Source: Octopus vulgaris
Taxonomy: Eukaryota
DNA: 64,000 nucleotides
Direction: 5' to 3'
NCBI GenBank assembly: GCA_951406725.2
Contig: OX597816.1
Span: 85,560,001-85,624,000, forward strand
Shown: positions 24,426-38,613 of the stretch, piece after piece
How positions within the stretch are numbered: position 1 is the stretch's first letter
How the letters are laid out: each line of letters begins with the position of its first letter
Translations under genes and position numbers: made by a program
The notes under the pieces: generated by a model
What the model was told of the DNA's origin: nothing
The model's input: only the letters and a program-made list of their open reading frames with translations
The model's database searches: none

Positions 24426-25039
24426 AGATATTAAACGGTGACGATGATAAGTCTGCTAAATTAACAATGTCGGTAGAATATCGATCGAAACTTTGACGAA
24501 TGACGTTGAAATTCGATGATTTGGAGTCTATCATTCATGAGTCATGTGTTATAAATAAACATTATCCTAGTATTGAATTATCTTAGACCAAATACTTGAC
24601 GTTCCCAACTAATTAATTTTACTGGTATAACAGAAATATTTGTTTTTATTTATGTAAGAGGGGATAGGTAAGCTGATAGGGTAATGATCATTAACATGTT
24701 CTCATGACGGTTTCAGAATTTTGACTACATATATTACAATTTACTTAACTGCCTGGAAGCTGCGAAAAGCAGTAAACAGGAAATAATTGTAATGGAAGGC
24801 GCTTCGTAACGTTATTCAGTAGACAGACAGGATCCGAAATATATCATTTTTACTTCACGAGATTCCAGCTAGATACAATATTCCAGCTAGATAAAATTTT
24901 GTATATAGAATGATGGAAGACCTTAGGTAGAACACAGAGGCGCGCTCCGTATGGGTGTGTATGTGTATACCTACACTTAAATATATCAAGAATATGAGGG
25001 CTTAGGTTCACTTGTGATCTAAACGAGTAGGTAATCAAT

Positions 25040-27187
25040 TTGTACATCATCTTCCCGGTTCGGCTAGGCCCTTCTTGACGTGGCTTAAGATTGCTTTCTA
25101 TCGAAACATGTTGAATATCCGACAAGGCATCGGTCTGGGCAGCAGCCATCTATGCTGGATCTAGTATTCTCCCGCTATCCAAGATCAGTGTCAGGCTTAT
25201 CTGTGTGCGCCCGTCTTGCCAAGAGTGATCATGCGGTCCTGAAGTTCGTCATGCTTCAGCGCTTCTGGACTGGCGATCCCTGATGACGTTGTCCTCAGTT
25301 GGCGAACTATAGTCGTCCCTCAAAGCATATGTAATCTGGTTGACTGACCAAGCAGTTCCCGTTGGGCTTCCCAAGAAGAAGAAACACACGCCCTGGGTGA
25401 CGAAGAAGGTTAAACGAGAACTTCGACTCAGAGATATTGCTTGGGCTGAATTCAAAAATCTAGATTCGACTGCAGCTTTTGAGGTGTACAAAACTCAACG
25501 AGACCGAGCCGTGAAAGTTGAAAAGGAAGAACGCTTCAGATATGAATACAGAATCGCGGCAAACGCCAGTCGCAATCCAAAAACCTTCTTTGCCCATGTC
25601 CAACGGAATTCCCGCTTGAACAACCAAATTGCAACGTTGGTAGACTCAACAGGCGTATCGATTGAGGGCCCTTATCAACAGAGTCAATTATTTGCCGAGG
25701 CTTTTTCAACTATTTTCAAACAAGATGATGGTCGTGAACCCCCTCCATTTGATAGATCGGTACCTCCAATGCTTCGATTGGTCATCACGCGGGACGAAGT
25801 AGAACGCGTTATTCAAGGCCTCGATGTCAACAAGGGTCACGGCCCTGATGGCATACACCCACTGGTTATCAAAGCGTTGGCTCCGGTAATATGCGAGCCT
25901 TTAACACGTCTATTCAATATGTCATTGGCGACAGGTGTTATACCTGCGGACTGGAGAACAGCGATAATCTGCCCAATTTTCAAGAAAAGGAGCCGCGAAG
26001 ACCCGCTTAATTACCGACCGGTTTCCCTTACTTCAATAATCAGCAAGATGTTCCAAACCATCCTTAAGAAAAGTATGATGCTCCACCTCCAAAATACAGC
26101 CTCTATCTCTGATTCCCAACACGGCTTCGTGCCGTAAAGATCATGCTTGACCAACTTGTTGGTGATAGAAGAATTGGTAACGCGCATCCTCGATGATGGT
26201 GATGCTGTTGACATCGTTTTATTGGACTTTGCCAAAGCTTTTGACTCGGTAAACCACCGCCTATTACTTGTCAAGCTTCAAGCATATAGTTTCCATCCGG
26301 ATATTGTACGATGGGTTGGTGCCTTCCTCTCAGATCGCTCCTTCCAAGTCCAAGTTAATGGTTCGCTGTCCGACGTCTCCAGTGCGAGCAGTGGCGTGCC
26401 TCAAGGTTCAGTGCTTGGGCCCTTATTGTTTTTAGTCTTCATAAATGACTTGCCCGTCAACCTCACGCAATACACCCTTCTATTTGCCGACGATGTCAAA
26501 CTGGTCGCTCCTCGCGGTGATATAAAGGATCTTCGTCGATGCCTCCACCAAATTTGGAGATGGTCTAACGAATGGGACCTGTGTCTGAACGTGTCAAAAT
26601 GCTGTCATCTGCCTGTTGGCTCTCCTCCTGCAACTCAACTTGATTTCGAGCCGGGTCGTCTGCTGCTGGAGAGGACCGACCAGGTAAAGGACCTGTGTAT
26701 CTTGGTGGATTCCTCCTTTTCGCCTTCGGCCCAGTGCGTCCATGCTGCCAACAAAGCACGCGGAGTTCTGTTCTTGATTCGACGGTCATTCGGAATGCTC
26801 ACAGCAGCCATATTCCTATATTGAGACCCATATTGGAGTACGGGATTCAAGCCTCTTCTCCTTATCTCCTCAAAGACATACAGCATCTCGAAAGAGTTCA
26901 GAAGCTGGCTACCCGCATGGTTCTTGGTCTCAAGCATTTGTCTTATGAAGAAAGGCTGAAGACGCTCGACCTTTATTCTCTAGAAAAACGACGACGCCGT
27001 GGTGATCTCATTCTTGCTCACAACATCATAAGCGGAAAGTGTAACCTCTCGAAAGAGCTGTTCTTCACTCCTGCTTCAGAGCGTCGGCTGCGGGGTCACT
27101 CCGAAAAGCTCTATCTGCGACGATTTCATCTCAATCGAAGGAGAGGGGGTTTTCTCCGTCCGGGTTGCGGATTAACTAACTAACTAT
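25040..27187 (+). mobile_element. CR1/L2-type LINE, 5'-truncated, with an in-frame stop and a frameshift
   Basis: APE end motifs (LDLVF, SDH) followed by RT motifs GPDGIHP, NYRPVSLTS, QHGF, LDFAKAFDSV, GVPQGSVLGPLLF, LFADD, LERVQKLATR and LEKRRRRGDL. The tail is (TAAC)n. Confidence 0.93.
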
Positions 27188-27672
27188 TATAGGGTATCGA
27201 GTTTTTTTTAGAAATTTCACTACCAGTGGGCTAGAATGTATAAAAAGTCAATAGACAACATATTCTCAATATAAAATAGTGTACTTTAAGCACAAGAGAA
27301 ACTGCCTTCAACAAGCAGTTTTACACGCGAGAAGAAGTAGTCAAAACAACTAAAGTGAAATTTCTAACAAGAAAATTTCGCTACTCTATAATTTAATGTA
27401 TATATTTTTAGTAATTTTTAGAAGATTAGTTCGGCATATATTCACATATATTTATTTGCTGCCGACTGAAACTGCGCTTGCACGGTGAATTTGAAAAAAT
27501 TATAATGTATAACGATGAGACACGTGTCATTCGTCTCTTAATTATATGTTAGTGTTATGGCGCGGTCACTGATGAGAAATTCGCCTAGCAAATTATTTTA
27601 TTTGCTAAAATATTTTTAAACGTAGGTTGGACCGGAATAAAATAACAAGGTAAAAATTTGTATTTTTTATAC

Positions 27673-27674
<2 letters not shown>

Positions 27675-27703
<29 letters not shown>

Positions 27704-27840
27704 TGTATGTATGTATGTATGCATGTATGTATGTGTGTATGTATGTGTGTATGTATGTATGTATTTATGCATGTATGTATGTGTGTATGTATGTATGTAT
27801 GTATCCATGCATGTATGTATTTATGTATGCATGTATAAGT
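27675..27840. repeat. (ATGT)n microsatellite
   Basis: Directly visible. Confidence 0.95.
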
Positions 27841-27857
27841 ATGTATTACCTAATTGA

Positions 27858-28025
27858 CAATCCGTCAGTTTCGACGACGATAGTACCAGTTGATATGATC
27901 AACGGAACAGCCAGCTCGGGAAAGAGCGTGTAAGTGACTGAGCACTCCACAGACACGCGTACCCTTAACATAATCTTCTGTGAGCTTCAGCTCAGAATAG
28001 GAAAAGGCCGGCTATTTGAAATATA
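27858..28025 (+). mobile_element. Probable SINE body fragment (third family)
   Basis: GATCAACGGAACAGCC...GTGACTGAGCACTCCACAGACACGCGTACCCTTAAC resembles a recalled cephalopod SINE central region. There is no second copy in this window. Confidence 0.45.
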
Positions 28026-28085
28026 GCCGGACAGAAGGGTCACACACGAGAGCTGGGAAGAAGGGGAGATAATAAAGTAGTGGTG

Positions 28086-28118
<33 letters not shown>

Positions 28119-28139
28119 TATACATATATAATTTTAATC

Positions 28140-31100
28140 CAAACGGGAAACAAAAAAACAACAACAATGGAACAATTACAGTATTATTATTAATAGGCGC
28201 TCAGGAAATGGAAGCAGGGAGGTATGACGTTTCGAGCGGAGCTCTTCGTCGGAAACATAAAGAAGGAAGAGAGAGGAAAGAAAGATCCCGGAGCGGGCAA
28301 CGGAGATAGAGAAAAAAACGACTGGTGTTAGGAGTAGCACATGGTGAAAGGCGGATGTTTACGATAACAAGAGCAAAGTGGGTTTTTAAAGGCAAAAGAG
28401 TGGAGACAAGGTTGGTAACGCAACAGATGTGTGTGTATGTGTGAGTGTGTGCCTGTGCGTGTGTGTATGTGTGTGTGTGAGGCGAGGTAAAAAAACAAAA
28501 AATATATGTATGTGTTAGTGTGTGCGTCTGTGTGTAGGCGTGTGAGGTAGGGCGAGACGGTGGTCAGCATAGCAGCAGCATAGCAGACAAAGGTCAGTAG
28601 TGAGAAAAGGGAGGAAGGAGGAAGGGAGGGAGGGGAAGGGGTGGGGGCGTATGTAGCGTGCCAGCGTGTGTTGAGTAGTAGTGTGTGTGTGTGTGCAGTG
28701 TCGTGGTAGTATTAGTGGCGAGTAGATTGAATGTGTGTAAGAGTAATGTATATGTTTAAGCAATGTGTGTATATGTGTGCGCGTGTGTGTAACGAAAAAA
28801 AAAAAGGGGGGGGTTTAGGAAAAAGACTCCAGCGGAGGGGAAGATGGAAGAGTGGTCCCGCGGAGACGGGCGTGGGAAAACCCAACGACAAGCGACATCC
28901 CAGGAACGGGCGGGAGGTCTCGTCGGGTCCAAGGGCGAGGTGCATGCGGCGCGCATGCGTGCGCGAACCGGCGCAAGCGCGTGTGTGCGCGCGCCTGCGA
29001 GTATGCGCGTACGTATGTGTGTGTGTGGATGTGTGAGTGTGTCTGTGTGTATGTCTGGGTGGCAGTGTGTCCGATGAATGTATGTGAGTATGTGTGTATA
29101 TATGTGTGTGCATAGATGTATGTCCGTGTGTGTGTGTGTGTGTGTATGTGTATGAGTGTGTATGTATGTACGTGTGGGTGTGGGGAAGTGTGTGTATGTG
29201 CATGTGTGTGCGCGAACATACAGGTGTGTGAGTGAGTGCGTGTGTGTGTATGTATGTGTGAGTGTGTATGTATGTGTGTGTAGGATGCATGTATGTGTAT
29301 GGGTGTATGTATGCGTGTGTGTATATATGTATGTGTACGTGCGTGTGTGTGTGTGTATGCGTGTAGGTGTGCGCGTGTGCATGCGTGCATGTATGTGCGT
29401 ATGTGTGTGTGTGTGCATGTGTGTGGGTATATATGTGTGTGCGTATATGTGTGTGTATGTGCGTACATGTGTGTGTGTAGGTGTGTAGGCGTGTGTGTAT
29501 AGGTGTATGTATGTAAGTATGTATGGGTGTGTCCGTGTATGTGTGTATGTATGTGTGTGTATGTAGCTGTGTGGGCGTGTGTATATGTGTGTGTATGTAG
29601 GTGTGTGGGCGTGTGTATATAGGTGTATGTATGTATGTCTGGGTGTGTCCGTGCATGTTTGTGTGTGTGTGTGTATGCATGTGTATGTAGGTGTGTGTGT
29701 ACGTGTGTAATGTATGTGTGTATGCGTGCGTGTGTGTATGTAGGTGCGTGTGTATGTGTGTGGGAGTGTAGGTGTGTGTGTGCGTGTGCGTGTTTATGTT
29801 GGTGTGTGCGTATGTGAGTGTGAGTGTATGGGTGTTTGTCATGCATGTGTGTGCGCGTGCAGGTGAGTGTGTGTGTAAGTATGTGTGTGTGTATGTTTGT
29901 GTGAGTGTGTATGTCTGTGTGTATGTATGTGCGTATAGGAGTATGTAGGTATGTGTGTGTGTATGTATATGGGTGTATGTATATATGTGTGTGTGTGTGC
30001 ATGTGTATAAGTATATGCGTGTGTGCGTATGTGTGTGTATGTGTATGTGTGTGTGTTTTTGTATGTGTGTATGTATGTGTGTAGGCGTGAGTGTGTAGAT
30101 GTATGTATGTATGGGTGTGTGTCAGTGTGTGTTTGTGTGTGTGTGTAGGTAGATGTGTGTGTCTGAGTGAGGGTATGGCTGTGTAGGTGTGTGTGTATGA
30201 ATGTAAGTGTGTGTGTATACAAGTGTAATGTATGTATGTAGGTGTGTGTGTGTATGTGTACGTGTGCGTGTGTATGTGTGTGTGTGTATGCGTGTGAGTG
30301 TGGGTGTATGGGTGTATGTCTGTGTGTGTGTATGTCTGAAGTGGGTATGTGTGTGTATGTATGTATGTGTGTGTGTGTGCGGGTATGTGTGTGTGTGTAT
30401 GTGTGTGTGTGAGTAGGTGTGCGTGTATGTATGTGGGTAGGGATGCATGCGAGTGTGTGGGTATGTATGCAAACATACGCATGCGCACATCCGAAGCAAG
30501 CCCACACACACGAAGCGCGCTCACGCACACAGCGCACAAGCAGTGCAACGCAAGCCCAAAGGGGCCGACCGAGCCCCAGCGCGCGCCAAGGCGCGCGAGC
30601 GCAAAGGCCCTCGAACGCCCCGCTACGCGGGAACCGAGGATCCATCAGCCAAAACCGGAAAGCAGAAAAGAGGGGGGGCTGCCTGGATGCAAAAAGGTGT
30701 ATGTGTGTGTGCATTCAGTGTACGGGTGTGCATGTGTGGGTATGTATGTGCCTACATGTATGTGTGCATGTGTGTGTGTGTGAAGTATGTACGTGCGGTG
30801 TGTGTGTGTGAGTGTGTGTGTATGTATGTGCGTATGTATGTGTGTGTGTATGTGTGTATGTATGTCTGTGTGTGTGTGTGTGTGTGTGTAAGTATGTATG
30901 CGTGTGTGTATGTATGTATGTGTGTGTGTAAGTGTGTGTGATTAAATGTGTGAATGTATGTACGCAGATGGGTCTACGTATGTGTGTGTGTGAACAGGCG
31001 TGTGGGAGGTAGGTGGGTGGGAGGTAGGTGTGTGGGTGGTGTGTCCGAAAAAAAAAAAAAAAAAAAAAAACGGTCTCAAGAGGAGGGGGCTGTGTTAAGT

Positions 31101-31584
31101 CCGTGTGGGGTGGTAGTTTGTAGGGTGAAGATGTAGCGTTGCTCCAAGTGGAGCCTGGAAAGTGGGCGACCATTGTGGGGGGCGAGACCAAACACTGAGA
31201 TGTCATCTCGGGAATGGCCGGCCGAGCGGAAGTGGCGTGCGACGGGAGAAAAAGAGTGTAGGCGAACGTCCCTCAAGTGTTCAGTGAAACGGTCGGACAA
31301 CCGGCGTCCCGTCTGACCTACATACAGCATCCCGCATAGGTTGCATTTAATGCAGTAAATAAGGCCAGACGAGGTGCACGTAAAAGAGTGCCTAATGCGT
31401 ACAGTATGCAGGTTGGAGCATGGTGTTGGTGATGAAGGGGCAAGTGTTGCAGCGGGATCTAGAGCAAGGGAATGATCCGTGTGGGGCTGAGGGGGAAGGA
31501 GAGAGGGTGCTGTGGACCAGGAGGTCACGCAGATTGCGGGCTCGTTTGAAAGAGGACAGGGGTGGGTTAGGGAAAATGGGGCGA
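28140..31584 (-). mobile_element. Penelope-like element 3' fragment: Cys-rich linker + GIY-YIG, very long (CA)-rich 3'UTR and pseudo-LTR
   Basis: [62 protein letters not shown] and RLHLEQRYIFTLQTTTPHGLN lie at 31076-31584. A variant hammerhead lies at 28222-28256. Confidence 0.8.
28430..31040. repeat. Degenerate (GT)n/(GTAT)n low-complexity tract, ~2.6 kb
   Basis: Directly visible. It produces the long His/Thr ORFs. Confidence 0.92.
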
Positions 31585-31613
31585 TATATATGTATATGTA
31601 TATATATATATTT

Positions 31614-31675
<62 letters not shown>

Positions 31676-31688
31676 TATATGTATATAT

Positions 31689-31772
<84 letters not shown>

Positions 31773-32529
31773 AGAAGGTTGAAAAGGAACACACAAGTTG
31801 ATATATATGGAAAAAGTCAAGGTAGAAAATGCTAAAATAATTTTATATCGTTGTTCTTCGGTACACATGTCACCGATGCTTAAGATATCAGCTACGTTTC
31901 CATTTGTGGAAATTGGTTGTTTCTTTCCGGTATTCACACATTTGAATTTCAATATTTGATAGAATGTTTACATATACTAATGAAATTTTGTAGGGCGGGG
32001 CATTCGGTCTTATAGCCGATCCTTCCAAACGCATCACAGTCACAATTCCCCCCTTACAGAATGCACTCTGTTTGAGCGAGTAACAATAGATAAGGGATGA
32101 ACATCCAGGTTACTGTTAAAATCATTAAATCTCTGCATCTCTGAACGACAAATATGATCACATTTTCTGCAGGTTAAACATTGGTTCAATTTAGGATCCA
32201 GCTGACCCTGCTAAATGTCATTAATACTAACCCATCGCTAAATATTTTGTGTTCCACTATCGAAATTGGACAAATGTTATAGATGTTCTGGTAACTCATG
32301 ATGTTTGTTTTCATTTAGTATGATTCCTCATTTCAAACCTGGACTGCAAATTTAGAACAGGGGCATTAAAAATTCCCAAAGGAATAAAGTCAGTGTTAAG
32401 GGATAAAATTATACTATAAAAATAATATATATATTAGGAACTGAATTGTTTCTTTTGAGGTGAACTGATAATATTGACTGTTCATAGAACACTTCAACAG
32501 CTACTAGCTGCAACTTCTCTTCAAAATTT

Positions 32530-32870
32530 GCCATCGTGGTGTTATCAAGTACCTGCAGAAAAATGGTTTAGCTTCCAAGAACTTTTATACTGGCATGGTT
32601 AAACTTCGGAGGATGACACTCCATCGATAGTGCAAAATTTGGCTGCTGAATTTAGGCGGTGTAGGGAGACAAAGAAGGAGGACAAAGATTTGAGCATCCT
32701 GCAGCCGCCCCCGCCGAGCAAAAGGTTGATCGTGTTAACCACATGGTGATGGATGACAGGCTAATGAATACAAACCGAATAGCCAATGCTACGAGCATAT
32801 ACTGTGAAAGAGTAGAACTTTGCATGACAAAGAGTTATCCTCAGTGGGTATCACGTCTTCTGTCAAAAGC
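32530..32870 (+). pseudogene. Mariner transposase N-terminal remnant
   Basis: Translates to RGVIKYLQKNGL..., AAEFRR and MVMDDRL, matching the mariner HTH region. Confidence 0.55.
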
Positions 32871-34142
32871 AAACCGGTCTGTTCATACTATGTTGGATAT
32901 AAAATATGATAATACTTTATACATAAACATTTTAATTCACGATCGGAAACTGCACCACTAATCAAGGTTTTACCATCCATAGGAATATATTACTTCTTTT
33001 GTATTGTTCGATCGTTGAAGTGATTTTTATTCACCTCCCGTGAAAAACCACAGCTAATTGCAAATGCGATGAAAATCATGATCTTCTCAGCATCATTTAA
33101 AAATACAGATAGTTGTCAAAGCTTCATAATACTTCGGTGCATATCGCCAGAAGATATTATCAATATTTTACCACATGCAATATTTTCAGAATGTGCTGTT
33201 TCGGTTAATAATAACACCGCCAACATTGCTGATAGATCATTCCCTATGAATAATCACCTCGGTTGACCAAATTAAGAGGTGAATGCTCGTAGCCACGCGT
33301 TCAGTCTGCCACACTACCACATGTCGGTTCAGTTCCATGAACAGGCAGTATCTGATACATTCCATTTTCCTTTGGATCAGTTCACATAGCTGAAGATAAT
33401 CATTAAATGTTATACTAGTATCTGGAGTTAAACTTGCAATGGATGCAAGTCCTATCTACGAGCTTCCAATGACGGAACACATTTGTTTACTGTACATTAC
33501 CTCCAAGTCATGTATCTGCTTACCCAATATCCATCCATCCATCCATCCATCCATCCATCCATCTATCTAAATGTTAAAAAATAAGGGTAAAAAATTGAAT
33601 ATTGATTTGATTAATCTATCTATCTATCTATCTACTTGTCTGTCTGTCTATTTCCCGCTGTTCTACTTTACAATTGTTTCCATGCCATAACTGAAATCCT
33701 TATCGACTGTATAATTCTTACGTACTTAATGAATAGTCAATATATAATTAACGTAGTCGAATATGATGAGTAAGTGTTCGTATTAAGAGCTTCCAAAAAT
33801 TTTACTGAACCAGGTATTGCATTGCGCCTTCATATTGGTGGAGTCATTTCAAATGAAAATACAATTTTTTTGTGAACTTTATGGCTCCAAATGTTGCAAA
33901 CTCGATGTTTTACTATGTCAAGTTAGGAAGGAGCAAAGAGATATCTATGATTTCAACGACACCTATAGATACCAGAAAAATGGTATCAATGGCTTGGCTG
34001 GCTCACACATTGAAGTAACAGTCAACAATATTCTTGTATAAGAATAATAAATTGGTACTCTAGAAAAGTATAAAATTACCCATCAGATTAAGATAAAATT
34101 GGTTTTATGATAATTGAACATAAAGACAAATATTGATATATA

Positions 34143-34175
<33 letters not shown>

Positions 34176-35387
34176 CTATGTATTTATGCGTGTGTTTGTG
34201 TTTGTTTGTGTGTGTGTGTGTGCGTGCGTTTTAGATCCCATTCTTATTTTTTGTATTATCATCATTATTATAAATGAAGCGATGATCGGATAAATCTTCT
34301 TATTTTCAAGAACGTCTTCTAATATTTGTCTTATATCTTAACCATTTTTTATAAATAAAAGATAAACCAATGAATCATGAGAATATATAAATAATATATA
34401 TTATCTTCATTCGTATGATTGATTATTTTTTCTATAAAATCTGTGCACAAAAGTAGTTGTTTTTGTAGCTGAATGCGAAATGTCAAACGTTGCAGTTGAA
34501 CACAATACATTCAAACAACAGCTACAGTGTTGATCAGAAGCTTAGTGAAAATATTAAAAGAAGATTAATAAAGAAAATCTTTATCTTTTTCTGTAAAAAA
34601 TCTTTTTTACTGTTTCTTTTCTAGCAGAATACATTCGGTAATCTGAGTGCTATTTCTAAACTGTATATTGGGTTAATACCAAATTATAAATGGATAGCAT
34701 CAAGATAAATCCGAATATATAGGATACTTGCTATTTCAGTTTATGTTTACAAGAACTTTGAATTACGACAAGAGGAAACTAACAAAATATGAACGATAAG
34801 TTTAATACAAAAGCTTGTAGAGTCATCCATTGATCACTTCATAAATTCTTTTTCTCTATCGTTTCAAAGATTGCCCATTTTTTCATCATCGCTGAAAAGA
34901 ATTAATTATAATCATAATATTTAACTGTCTCCATTGTTCACTCACTGTGAAACATTTCTGCGTGGATGACAGAAATGCAACTTACTATAATCAACGGCAA
35001 GGACATTAGTATACAACAAATAAATTTGAATCGACAGATTCAAATCATTGTCGTACTATGCAAGGACACCCGTCTACTACTGACCATTCCATCTACGCAC
35101 ATGTTCAAAAATACACAACCACCCATACATAAACCTGTTACCATAGCTACTGACCTCTCACTATGATATTAACAGACAAACACAGATCACTAATATAAAC
35201 ACGTGTAAACAGTTAATACCATGGACACAGTTACAACCACACGCACACACGGGATCACACAAACACACGCTACACACACACACACACACAAACTCAATTA
35301 CTGCTACATTGACACTCACTGCCACAGCCACACGGTACAATACACTCACATGCTATCACACACACACACACACACATATATAAAATA

Positions 35388-35940
35388 CAAACTGGGACAA
35401 GAGCGTAAAACATTTAGAAGACGATACAAAAAACACGGACGGGACATTCGAAGCTTTCAATCTTCAGTCAAGAACCGGATCATCCTAGCAATTTCGGCTG
35501 ATTAATCTTGAGATCGCTCCGATCCGGCCAGCCCCAAGGAAAAACTAAGCTACGAGCGTTAGATTTCTTGGAAGAAGGATCGAATGTATACGAAACAGGG
35601 ACTGAAAAACGGACGATGCCACACGAATATAAAATACAAAAAACAATAATGGTAAAAACAGGACAAAAACAGCGGTTGTCTTACGACTAATAAACAGTAC
35701 AAGTTTAGCTGGCGTATTCGGAAATAATGCCTTTATCGGCAGACGAAGACAACAGATGTTCTCACGGCAGTGGTCGGAGGCCAAAAGGCTGAGTTTAACC
35801 AGCGGTCACGTGATGAAGAGTGAGAAAAGAAAGTGGGCAAAGGAAACAAAGAGATAGAGAAAGTGGGACGAAGGCAAGAAAGGGGGGAGAGAAGAGAGAG
35901 AAAGAAGGAATTAAAGAGGGGAGAAGAAAGAATGCGTGCC
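35388..35940 (-). mobile_element. Non-coding structured element homologous to the 718-bp unit at 62999
   Basis: Shares TACGCCAGCTA, GTCGTAAGACAACC, CCAAGAAATCTAA..GCTTAGTTT..CTTGGGGCTGGCC, CAGCCGAAATT and GACTGAAGATTGAA.GCTTCGAATG. Confidence 0.8.
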
Positions 35941-36483
35941 AAGGATTATATAAATATATTACAATACAATGAATCTAAGAATACATTCTACAGTGCGAAT
36001 ATTCTAAGATACCTAATAAAACAGGTTTTCTACTCTGCAATTTAGGAATATTTAAGATTCTGATAAATTCATTAAATGTAAACATGTGTTTCGGACTGAC
36101 AGACTAGTATAACTGAAAAGGTTACTAACTTTGATATTTACTATATTGCTTTTATTGAATTGTTTGGAAATTGAAGATTATAATACGTAATCAATAGACA
36201 TAATTTCTTTTGGGATGCACATGTGAACAATGGTGTCTGCAAATGCTCACTTGTCAAACGCATGTGTTCTTGAAGATTTCAAATATTTCACCACAAATTT
36301 TCAGTTCCTGAATCTTATGTTATAGAATATTACAATTATGAAAGGAATCAGTTATTGTATACTATAATACGAAGAATTTGGAAAGTATCTAGAAAACGAA
36401 TTGGAATATAAAGATATAACTCCAGGAAATTTGCATATATGTATACAGGTATGTGCTCATATATACATTATATACACATATAC

Positions 36484-36641
<158 letters not shown>

Positions 36642-36648
36642 TCATATA

Positions 36649-37057
36649 CAGGGGTTGGACAAAATAATGGAAACATCATAGCATCATAATTCTGAAATAT
36701 CTATAAAGCCGTCGAAACTAGTAAATTTTTATGAATTTTGAATTCCTTTCCTTTGCGTAAGCGGCTCGTCTCCTCAAAACGTTTATGAAGTGCTTCTTTG
36801 CCAAAATTTGAGCGAAAATTTCTCCAAGTTATCGATGGCGTTTTTTATAGCGACCTCATTTCCCGCTGATGCTCCTATCTTGAAAAACCGTTCCTTTGGT
36901 GAACAATTCGAATAAAAAGCGAGATTAGCAATTTTGTCACACAAAACGAGGGTAGTTAACTTTTCATTTTACATTTGTATTTTTGCAATATATACATTAC
37001 AACACACAGCTATGCTTCATTTTTGTAACAATCCTTTCCCATGATATCAACACCCTG
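36649..37057. mobile_element. Possible Tc1-derived MITE
   Basis: TA|CAGGGGTTGGACAAAATAATGGAAA on the left and an imperfect TTTCCCATGATATCAACACCCTG on the right. Confidence 0.45.
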
Positions 37058-38179
37058 TGTATGTATGTGTATGTCATATGTGTAAGTGTGTGTCTGTATG
37101 TATATGCTTGTGTGTATTGGAAAGCCAATATAGGTATGTTGTCTTAATCTCATTTAATTCCTTAATTCTTTCTAAAACTTCCGTGTGAGTTCTGATACAC
37201 TCCACACCAATTTAATTAGCAGAATTCCCGCTAATGGCAGTATGGAACTACCACCATGGTAGGCTACTTATTATTGCTTACATTAGCCACATAAAATAAG
37301 AGTGATTAGTTGACATGTGTATTCAGGTAAGTCAAGGTTAATTGAATGCTTAGTTTGGCCTTCTATATACGTTATTAGTAAAAATAAAAATATCTTTATC
37401 AGCAATCCAAAGACACACACATACACACATATGCGTAAATATGTATTAGATAATGTTAATTCCATTTATAGACAATAATAATAATAATTCTCGATTTTAG
37501 TTTTAGCATGATGATATTTCTAACATATGCAGAAACGTTCTATAGAAGATTTGCTATTCTGTTTTAAAATATTATATTCCTTTTTCAATATGGTGTATAC
37601 TCAGTAGACTAATACTATCTGGAAGCATATTGCTCGGCGAAATTAAAAGTTCGGCTCTATTTAAAAAATAAGTCTAAATAAATTGTACATGCGTTATTGC
37701 GAGATTGGTATTGCTCAGCATCTTCGAAATAAAGAATGTAGAAATTGTTGTGGAATATAAGTTTGGGGAAAAGAGAAATTTACTCTGAACTTAAATACTA
37801 CATAGTTACATTAATGACTTTTCACTTGATTGATTAAATATCTGCTTCACTATTCTTTGACTGAGAGCAATTACATCACTTTTAAATGGTAGCTTTCGAC
37901 AATATTTTCCTATTGGCGGTATACTTCAAAGGAAGTTGAACACTTTGTTGCAGTCATCTTTATGAAGTCCAACAGATCACAGATCTACTTCAAACGATTG
38001 ACAACTAGTGTTAATAAACGAATGTTATCGATAAAGAAAAATGCTGGATAATATGTGGAATCGTGGTACGTAACTGAAATACAGAGCTGCAGGGTTTCGG
38101 GTTTTGCAAATCAACTACGTTTAGCATACATTGAGAGCCGGTGAAAAGGTGATTCAAAGAAAAGGAATATATATATATT

Positions 38180-38233
<54 letters not shown>

Positions 38234-38573
38234 TATCAAAATGGATTAAAATCAAATAACGTGCATAAAATATGTGGCTCATCAAGAAAATTATTATCTT
38301 CTCACTTAGTGACAATGATCAAACAAAGGTAATTAGTTGGGAAAAAGTCCCAATTTTATAAGCCTACAATGAAGTACATTTATATTCCTTTATGTTACTC
38401 ATATCCTAGAGAAATAACCTAACTGTCATTATTCTAATTACAGAAAAATACACTCGCCTAGTTTAACAGAATCGATATATGAAATAGGCAATTCCTGGAT
38501 GTTGTAGCGGATCAACATTTCGAGATGAACTTATATCATATAGCTAAATGGCACATACAAAATTCACACACAC

Positions 38574-38613
<40 letters not shown>

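Noticed and set aside
28712-30941. His/Thr-rich ORFs of up to 577 aa
   Set aside because: They are translations of the (CA)n-like tract with no domain content.
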